DNA of 64,000 bases from the NCBI GenBank assembly GCA_951406725.2, contig OX597826.1:12586001-12650000 (forward strand), in the 5' to 3' direction. Made by a program: the position numbers and the translations under genes. Shown here in pieces: positions 54,749 to 64,000 of the stretch (its first letter is position 1; each line of letters starts with the position of its first letter). Below the pieces are notes generated by a model, which was given only the letters and a program-made list of their open reading frames with translations, searched no databases and was not told the DNA's origin. Source of the DNA: Octopus vulgaris (lineage: Eukaryota).

Positions 54749-55726
54749 TTTTCTTCACTCACTCACTCACTCACTTATTCACTCACACATTCGCTCACAC
54801 ACACTCTCCTTCTATCTTTCTCTAAGGTCTAAGGTCTTACTTCACTGGTTTAGGTTTTTGATTCAGCTGCAAGTTAGAGGTTCAAACAGGTAAACGTAGT
54901 TTACAAAGAAACGCTTACAAACACACACACACACACACACACATACACACTCACACACACACACACACATACACACGCATACAAAAATACACATATGAGA
55001 TGTTGTTTGCTATGCGTTGACTACATTTCGCTAAGACGGCTTAATAACTTCAAACACATCCGTAATTTTCATCAGAGCTACAAAAGATCCGATTAACCTT
55101 ATTAAAACTTTTATCAATTCAAGTTTTTGAGAACTTTAATTCTTTCTTTTGAAACATTAAATTTTAACTTCCTTAAATACCTTATGCATACACGCACGTA
55201 TATACACAAACGTGCACGCATACCCAGACCAATGCAACTACAGTTTAACGCCAGTTTATGGCTCCAAGAAGCTCGAGACTTGAGTTGAGCTTCTGACAAA
55301 TAAAATAAAGTAAAAAATAAAACACCAGTAGGGCCCAGAAGTACTTGCACATTAAATTTTTATAAAACTAACATTTTAGCGAAACGAGAGTGACATTCTA
55401 AATCTTTAAAGCCTTTTAACCGAAAGCCAACAAAAACAGACAATATAGTCAGTGAATGAATAGAGTGTATGCACCATGTGACAGTATCCTTCTTCTCCAT
55501 CATTTTATATTGACTTGGAAATATGATCATCCATATTGAAATGTTATTGGATGGTCGTTAACTCTCTTCTGTACAACTGCTCTTTTCTATTTCAGTGTGT
55601 ACAACATCCCTCGTTCTTACCGCTCAAACGAGCAAGCATATTCCTGCTGCTTTGTCAGTCACCAAAGTCCTGACAATGCTTGAGCTGTAGTGATTCGCAT
55701 TTTCTACAGTGACCTATTTCTAATCA

Positions 55727-55759
<33 letters not shown>

Positions 55760-55844
55760 GACCTCGTGTGACATGTGACCTCGTGAGCACCGCCAGCAAT
55801 TTTTTTCCTCTAACTTCCCTTCTCGGGATCTTTCCTTCTCCGTT

Positions 55845-55879
55845 GTTTCCGACGAAGAGCTCCGCTCGAAACGTTAAAC
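55845..55879 (+). ncRNA. Minimal hammerhead-like motif (U4C variant)
   Basis: GTTT-CCGACGA-A-GAGC-TCC-GCTC-GAA-ACGT-T-AAAC. Confidence 0.65.
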
Positions 55880-55976
55880 CCTCCTTCTTCCCTTCTTTTC
55901 TGAGCGTCCAGTAATACTTTATTTGTTCCACGTCCTCGCGTTGCTGTGTTTTTTTTTTGTGTTTTCTTGTTTGGAT

Positions 55977-56026
<50 letters not shown>

Positions 56027-56029
<3 letters not shown>

Positions 56030-56190
56030 CGGGCTTCTTTCAGTTTCCGCCTACCAATTCCACCCACAAGGCTTTGGTCGGTCCTAGGCTATAGTAGAAG
56101 ACACTTGCTCAAAGTGCTAAGCAGTGGGACTGAACCCGGAACCATGTGGTTGGTAAGCAATCTATTTACCACACAGCCACTCCTGCGCCT
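56027..56190 (-). mobile_element. SINE family C 5' half
   Basis: Head and core, ending in (TA)n. Confidence 0.85.
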
Positions 56191-57017
56191 ATAAATGTTG
56201 TGTACATTTTATTCAGAGACATCATTGTTATTTTAACTCACACACAATTGATTGTTAATTAGCCAAAAAGCTGTTAATTAGAGATATTTACTACTTCTGT
56301 CGCTACGGTGAAATATTGATTTCGCTGATGAGATCTAATAATGCCAAAACATGACCATAATTTTCTGCAGTAGTTTTGAAAGAAACAATGTTTCATTAAT
56401 GAAGCCATATATTACTTTATTGGTGCATAAGTACGTAGTTGGCATTTTTATTCTCATTGCATTGAATATATAAGCTCAATCTTATTATCATAAATGTTTC
56501 GGCTCTCTCCCAACTAAACCACTTCAACAAAAACAGTTTTATTTAAATTAAAGGCTAGATTTTGTTTTTGTTCCATTACTACATTTCATAAAAGTGTGAA
56601 CGCGATTCAATCTTAAAGTCTACGAGTCGTAAATGTGTGAAATATTGGCAAAGAAAGACATCATTAGCAATAATAACTGACTTGGATAATATTCAAACGT
56701 CAACAATAAATCATAATGTATTCTTCAAACAATGATAAACAATCTCTCTTCATATTTGCGAAAATTTCATATATTTTTTTTTATCATTATTCAGTTATAT
56801 TTAATAACTCTACAAAGAATCCAATTTTTGGCAACATTCACAAATTTTCAGATAGTGATTTTCAACAAACTATAAACATTTCTAAGACCGTGTATTTATA
56901 TTTACCTCTGGGTGTAAACATATATAAGTCATGGGTTACGTTTACATTATAACTTATATAATCTACAAATGTATTACCATTAGTTTATCGTTTTGCTGAG
57001 GGGATATATATATATAT

Positions 57018-57048
<31 letters not shown>

Positions 57049-57206
57049 CATATATGTGTGTGTATATATATATATATATATGTATGTATATATATTTATG
57101 TATGTATGGCATATATGTATATGTATGTATATATATATGTATCCTTAAATCCTTAAAAATTGTTTTAGCCCGAAGGCCGCAGCCATGCTGGGGCACCACC
57201 GCTGTA

Positions 57207-57286
<80 letters not shown>

Positions 57287-57302
57287 GTATGCATATATAC
57301 AA

Positions 57303-57342
<40 letters not shown>

Positions 57343-57866
57343 TATATGCATACCTATGTATTCATGTGTGTGCGTGTATATGTATGTGGTATGATAAGGC
57401 AAGACAAACTAGGATGCTTATTGAATATATTATTATTTAATAGAGTGGTAAACTGCGAAACATATGAAACCGAGGCAGTAAACGATGGAGAAGGGTTGAG
57501 ATTCATTACTTGATGTCTTATTAGTGGTTTGCTTAAGGTTGACTTAATATGAATACTAAATTCATACGTTTCCGACTCTTACCCAAAGTCTATGCGGAAT
57601 TTCTAATATTTCCTTTTCATAATAGTTTGAAAGGAGAACAGCTGGGATCCTGAGAACTAAATACACTGGAATTATAATATCGTCCCCATAAGCTTTTGGT
57701 TAACACCCTACAGGGTCGACTTCACCTTTCCTCAGTCAGGATCAATCGATAACTCTATGGCTAGGGCTTAGTAATTTGCTCTTTAAAATGCTTAGAATAG
57801 AATTAACAGATGTTATTGGCAGAAATGTGGCAGATTCGAATCTGAAGATCATGGCTCTACTACTAG

Positions 57867-57900
<34 letters not shown>

Positions 57901-58296
57901 GCTGCTGCTGCTACTGATGCTGCTACTGCTACCGCTGCTGCTGCTTCTGTTTGTTGTTGCTGCTGCGGCTGCTGCTGCGGCTGCTGCTGCGGCTGCTGCT
58001 ACTACTACTGTTACTACTACTGTTACTGCTGCTGCTGCTTTTACTACTACTACTACGACGACGACGACGACGACGACCACCACCACCACCACCACCACCA
58101 CCACCACCACCACCAATGAAAATGACAACTTTATGCACTTCCTGAATTGCATATCACTTCACTTTTTAATGAACCAATGGAGATTGCTGGAAAAACTGGG
58201 TGAATGCAACATGAACATCAATCAATAAACAATGCCATCAAATGTTACGCGAGGAAATTTTGGTTGATCACAGTCCAATACAAATAGCTAAATTGT

Positions 58297-58945
58297 TCGT
58301 TTCTACTCTAGGCACAAGGCCCAAAATTTTGGAGTAGGAGGCCAATCGATTAGATCGACACCACTACGCAAATGGTACTTAATTTATCGACCCCCGAAAG
58401 GATGAAAGGCAAAGTCGACCTCGGCGGAATTTGAACTCAGAACGTAACGGCAGACGAAATACCTATTTCTTTACTACCCACAAGGGGCTAAACATAGAGG
58501 GGACAGACGTACGGATTAAGTCGATTATATTGACCCCAGCGCGTAACTAGTACTTAATTTATCGACTCCGAAAGGATGAAAGGCAAAGTTGACCTCGTCT
58601 GCCGCTACGTTCTGAGTTCAAATTCCGCCGAGGTTGACTTTGCCTTTCATCCTTTCGGGGTCGATAAATTAAGTACCAGTTACACACTGAGGTCGACGTA
58701 ATCGACTTAATCCATGTGTCTGTCCTTGTTTGTCCTCTCTGTGTTTAGCCCCTTGTGGGTAGTAAAGAAATAGGTATTTCGCCCGTCTTTACGTTCTGAC
58801 TTGAAATTCCCGCGAAGTCTACTCTGCCTTTCAGCGTTACGGGATCGATTTGATAAGAACCATTTGAGTACTGTAATCGATGTAATCGACTTATCCACTT
58901 CTCTGAAATTGTCAGCATTGTGCCAAAATCTGAAATCAATATAAA
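58297..58945. mobile_element. Head-to-head inverted family N SINE dimers
   Basis: Minus-strand units at 58297-58597 join plus-strand units at 58596-58945. Confidence 0.85.
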
Positions 58946-59427
58946 GCAGGCAGAAAACAAAGTAATACTTTGAGAATATACGAGATAAGCAGTCATTTCG
59001 AACTGTCGCGTAATTAGACCTTATTGATTCTGTATTCGATGTTGTGTTTAATTTAGCAGCTATTCCCCCACAACATGGATATATTTTCGGTGAGGTCCTA
59101 CCTTATCAAACCTCATCTAGTGTTGCTGATGGTGAGAGTAGCGTTGTTTGAAACGAAGCTGTTACAGATTGTTTTCATGGATCAGACAAATCATTATCTT
59201 CTTATCATCGTTAAGATACACTCACACACACACACACACACACAGACACACTCACACACACACGCAATTGCATACATAATTCATACATACATACATACAT
59301 ACATACATACCTTCGTACATACATACATACTAGCTATTCAGTGCAAACACCGATTAGTTTCCTTGACGAAATAACAATTCGTATTTGAAACTGAATTCAT
59401 TCCACTCACGTCATCAGTGACGTTAAT

Positions 59428-59465
<38 letters not shown>

Positions 59466-59568
59466 ATACACACACATACGCACATATGTAGAGTAAAAAA
59501 GACTGTTATTTAATATACCAACAGTTTTTCTCTGAAAAATAAACCCTGAGAAAAACATGATCGTCACA

Positions 59569-59673
<105 letters not shown>

Positions 59674-59985
59674 CAGCAGCAACAGTAGTAGTAGTAGTAG
59701 TAGTAGTTCTATTCTTTTATCTACGTCAAAAATCATTTCATGTACAGCCTTATCAATGAAACCAGAGTTAATTGTTTTGTTTGCTTTGAGATATTGTAAC
59801 ATGTACAGTTTTATGAGAGATATTCGGAATATAATTGTGGTGTTTACTGTCATACTCATATTGTCCATTATTTCTGTGTGGTAAGTGTGTTGGCAAAATA
59901 ATGTTGGTGAGAGACGTAGCAAAATACACAAAATCACAGTGTAAGAAGCCTGCCACACGGGTTCGGATTTCGTTAGGAATTAATA

Positions 59986-60420
59986 TTGGGTTGTTGGGAA
60001 AGTTCGTGCCGATTTATAGTAGCTTACCTTTCGACTTATTTTAGAACATGGTTGAGTCCATAAAATAGGATTTGACTACACCTCCTTTTAGAGCACAGTT
60101 TAAGCTATCTTTTCGTGGAAGAAGGTTTATGTTCCTATAACATGTGTTAATTCTGTGACCCTTTAAAATGGAAGATAAGAAAGTTCATTTTCGGCACTTG
60201 ATGCTTTGGGAACCAGACAAAAATTGCTCCAGCTCGGCTGGGATGTGTTACCCCACCCTTCATATTCACCAGATATTGCCCCTTCGGATTTCTACTTATT
60301 CAGGTCTCTGCAGAATTATTTTAATGGTAGAAATTTCAATTCCTTGGATGACGTAAAAAGATACCTTGATGAATTCTTTGCCATGAAACCACCTCAATTT
60401 TGAGAAGACGGTATTCTTAA
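59986..60420 (+). mobile_element. Internally deleted mariner, interrupted at its 3' end by a PLE
   Basis: TA|TTGGGTTGTTGGGAAAGTTCGTGCCGATT TIR. MEDKKVHFRHLMLWE is joined to TRQKLLQLGWDVLPHPSYSPDIAPSDFYLFRSLQN. Confidence 0.92.
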
Positions 60421-61098
60421 ACTTTAAGAAAAGTTCAACACAACAACACACCTTCCCCGAAAATACTACCTTACATATCTACATACAACCCCAGAAACAA
60501 AGAAGCTTTCACCATCATCACCCAGAATTTACCAATACTTCATAAAAACCCCAAATTAAAGGAAATTCTAAACATACACCAAATCATTAAAAGCTACAAA
60601 CAGCCTAAATCACTTAAAAAGATTCTCACAAAGGCAAAATTGTCTTCTAAAATTACGGATGCAAAAGTAAAAAAATGTGGTAGATCGAACTGTGCAACAT
60701 GTCCTAACCTATTGGAAGGATCAGAATTCTTCTTTAAAGAGGGACAGAAATTCAAGATCAAATCTAACTTTACTTGTGCCTCTGAAAACATAATTTATGT
60801 CATTAAATGCTCGGGCTGCCACCAAGACTACGTGGGGTCCACGGGACTATCACTCAGACGTAGATGCACACTGCATCGACAACAGATTGCATTCCCAGAA
60901 TATAGAATGATACCTTTTAGTGAACACATTGAGAAATGCGCAAAGCAACTACAACCACAATTTTTAATCTTTCCATTTTACCAATGTGCTTTCGGATCAT
61001 CATCACAAATTAGACTTAATAAGGAAACATTCTTCATTGAAAAGTACAAACCCAGACTCAACTATCCGAACTCAATAATACAGAGAAATTCACACTAA
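60421..61098 (+). CDS. Penelope-like element ORF C-terminus: Cys-rich linker plus GIY-YIG endonuclease (5'-truncated, no start codon)
   Basis: Stop-free frame 60421-61098: LPYISTYNPRN...KQPKSLKKIL...KCGRSNCATC...FTCASENIIYVIKCSGCHQDYVGSTGLSLRRRCTLH...KETFFIEKYKPRLN. Confidence 0.9.
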   Translation, partial: TLRKVQHNNTPSPKILPYISTYNPRNKEAFTIITQNLPILHKNPKLKEILNIHQIIKSYKQPKSLKKILTKAKLSSKITDAKVKKCGRSNCATCPNLLEGSEFFFKEGQKFKIKSNFTCASENIIYVIKCSGCHQDYVGSTGLSLRRRCTLHRQQIAFPEYRMIPFSEHIEKCAKQLQPQFLIFPFYQCAFGSSSQIRLNKETFFIEKYKPRLNYPNSIIQRNSH

Positions 61099-61225
61099 AG
61101 GAAAAAAATTTTTTAAGCGATTATCTCCCTTACACCGGAAGAAATCACTCACTACTTTCCCTTATTTAGAACTCTCCGTAGCAAAAATACAAGGATTACG
61201 TTATTAAAAATAAACATTAAGTCAC

Positions 61226-61264
61226 AAGAAATTTGAAGAGCTAACTGCGAAACCGGTATTTCTT
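61226..61264 (+). ncRNA. Hammerhead-like motif in the PLE 3' region (U3-G8 wobble)
   Basis: AAGAAA-T-TTGAAGA-GC-TAACT-GC-GAA-ACCGGT-A-TTTCTT, about 130 bp after the GIY-YIG stop codon. Confidence 0.55.
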
Positions 61265-62973
61265 TAAAAATTATAAAATTATGTCATTTTAAGGAAAGGA
61301 AAAAAATTTTTCCAATATTCTCCAGACATTTTGACGCAAATATATATATTTTTTAACATTTAAGCCTTCTGTCGTTTTTTCACTCTTTACTATTTTCTTA
61401 TATATTCACCCACGTGCTTTACCAAACACACTTTCTTATTTATTTATATATATATATATACATACATACATAAATGCATACATGCACATATAATAGGCTT
61501 CTGCACAAATTTCACTAAACACTCTCTACTCAGAAACTACTGGTCAATCTGACAACATAGGACGCACAGTGTGTGTGTGTATGTGTGTGTCTATACATAC
61601 ATACGTACATATAAAACTTGAATATGTCACTGTAAGGAGCAAAAATAATCTCTAGTATAACTCTATATTACATACTTATCATATGTCCCTCGTTCAGCCA
61701 CCTTCCATCATATCTTGCTCTTTAAAATGCTTTAACTCTGTATAAAATATCCTTAGTGTTTTTGATTTACTTGGGCGAATGAGTTTGTTTTTCCCTTCTT
61801 TCTTTCCTCCAATATCTCTTAATTATGTTTATATTATCTGTTGCAAGGATTGATCGAGAGATAGAGGTCATTTTTCGCATGATATAAAATTAACAATGAA
61901 GCCTCACCTTTACTTTGAAGTCAATTTCTTTTTGCTTTTTAATATATCCTCAGTTATGTTTACGAACGACTAATACATGAGAACTACGGCTGATACTACT
62001 CTTCTTGAAATTATTCTTCCAGTGCTAACTTTGCCGTTCATATTAAAGTATTATATTCGTGATAAATTGATGATCGAGAGTGCAACAGAAATTTTCATTT
62101 AAATTTACACATTATACATTTTGCATCTGGCCTTGTCTTTATATACAGATAATAAAGCAAAAACGGTCACTTATCAGTGGTTTTAATTTATTTATTCGTT
62201 AGATCAAGAGATCTAGCTGAATTTAAACAAACTATTGTCGCTATCGATATGTCCACAATATTTTGTAATTTGAAAGAAGTTTAAAGGACGCATCTACCAT
62301 CTAGAAAAACAGATTAAATTCTCAGTGCTGTATTATCCTGACCAACTGTGTGTTGATGGCAATATGACGAGATATTAATATACAGAGAAATACATGGTAA
62401 AATAGATTTTCTAGAAAGCAATTCAACATTTTGAGGTGTTTGTATTTTTCATTAGGAATCATGTTTTAGAGCTCTGCAGAGAGTATTTTCCTTTTAATAT
62501 TGGATACAAATAACGAACGTAAATTGATGAAATCGTTTGAGCGTTAGACATAACGTTGTATGGTATTTGATATGGGTCTTTGCATTCTGATTTAAAATCC
62601 CTACCGAGATCAATTTTGTCTTTCAACATTCCGGAGTCAATAAATTATGTTACCAGACATGTACAGTAATCAATTTAATTAAATAACGCTCCCCACTGTT
62701 TTCCTGGTAACTTTACCTATGTTAGAGATTGCATTGGGCATTGATATGAGACAGGCACAGATTTGGGTCGATGGTTAAGAAATTAGTTTTACTACACCAT
62801 GTTTCCGAGTTTGACATAGCTGTGAGCTATCCTGGTTGGGAAATATTTTTGGTAGTAATAAGTTAATTGACAAAAGTTTTCAGAATACGTCAGAATGTAT
62901 GTATGTATGTATGTGTGTATGTGTATTGATGGATGGACATATATATATATAAATATATATATATACACACACG

Positions 62974-63023
<50 letters not shown>

Positions 63024-63026
63024 TAT

Positions 63027-63323
63027 GGAGGCACACGGCCTAGTGGTTAGAGCAGCGGATTCGAGGTCGAGGGATCGTGGATACGAATCTGAGACCGGGT
63101 GACGTGTGTGTTAATGAGCGAAACACCTAAGCTCCACGCGGCTTCGGCAGAAGGTAATGGCGAACTTCTGCTGACTCTTTCGCCACAACTTTCTCTCACT
63201 CTTTCCTCCTGCATCTTGCAGCTCACCTGCGACGGACTGGCGTCCTGTCCAAGTTGGGAATCTATGTGCCAAGGAAACCGGGAAAACAGCCCTTATGAGC
63301 CAGGCATGGCTTGAGAAGGAACA
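63027..63323 (+). mobile_element. tRNA-derived SINE family K, full length
   Basis: Head GGAGGCACACGGCCTAGTGGTTAGAGCAGCGGATTCGAGG, central CCTGCGACGGACTGGCGTCC, tail GAAACCGGGAAA. Confidence 0.8.
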
Positions 63324-63789
63324 TATATATATATATATATTGAACAAAACCCCCACAAATTAGAAATCATTAAACAAATATTAAACTTACGACAATTAGA
63401 ATCCCTCTGAAAGACAATATACAGTTGTAAGTGTGTATAAGTGTATGTGTGGTTGTGTAAGTATGTATTTATATGTATATAAGTGGGAATCTCTGTCCTG
63501 GAAGCTAGGGATGATAATATTGCATAACAAGGATTTGGTAAATAATGGCCAAGAATTTAAGTTGTTGACTGAAATAAGTATTCTGGGACGATATAGTTCC
63601 CTAAAAGCCTTAATGATACTGACCATAAGAGTGACGAAGAAATATATTATTGGTGACAGTGAATGTGGGGGTCACTCCTGGTGCTCTGACGAGGAAGATG
63701 ATGGTTGTTCTAGTGAAAATAGCGACAATAATGAATTGTTAATAATTCTATTCGATCTCTCATAGTTTTCATTATTTTACGATCCATTT

Positions 63790-64000
63790 AGGCGCAATGG
63801 CCCAGTGGTTAGGGCAGCGGACTCGCGGTCGAAGGATCGCAGTTTCAATTCCCAGACCGGGCGTTGTGTGTGTTTATTGAGCGAAAACACCCAAAACTCC
63901 ACGAGGCTCCGGCAGGGGTGGTGGCGACCCCTTTGTACTCTTTGGCCCCAACTTTCTCTCACTCTTTCTTCCTGTTTCTTGAGTAACGCTACATTGGACT
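63790..64000 (+). mobile_element. tRNA(Arg-TCG-like)-derived SINE family K, running off the window
   Basis: Head GGCGCAATGGCCCAGTGGTTAGGGCAGCGGACTCGCGG, with the shared ACTTTCTCTCACTCTTT segment. Confidence 0.8.

Noticed and set aside
56321-56360. CTGATGA followed by a CAAAAC segment
   Set aside because: No stem II or stem I pairing, and G12 is absent.
59360-59405. TTGACGA...GAAACTGAATTCA hammerhead-like string
   Set aside because: No stem I complement was found.
63027-63870. tRNA-like heads of SINEs as tRNA genes
   Set aside because: They lack a paired acceptor stem and continue into SINE bodies.

Overview
AT-rich eukaryotic (animal) DNA, probably intronic or intergenic, dominated by microsatellites and transposon debris. 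The SINE families resemble, from memory, those of Octopus or other coleoid cephalopods; this is inference and no search was run. No host gene can be called. Almost all listed ORFs are translated (TA)n, (TACA)n, (CA)n or trinucleotide repeats. The only recognisable proteins are from mobile elements: two Penelope-like (PLE) GIY-YIG fragments, an L1/Tx1-like LINE 3' part, a CR1/L2-type RT fragment and several decayed Tc1/mariner transposases. Also present are two non-autonomous Helitrons, several MITE/foldback elements, three or more tRNA-derived SINE families and two tRNA pseudogenes. The most interesting signal is a set of about 9 minimal type I hammerhead-ribozyme-like motifs from about 6 PLE-related families. 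They have palindromic stem III (dimer type), and the 3-8 core pair covaries (C3-G8, G3-C8, U3-A8). There is also evidence of modular SINE assembly: tRNA + tail chimeras, a SINE tail shared with the Tx1-like LINE, and tail swapping.
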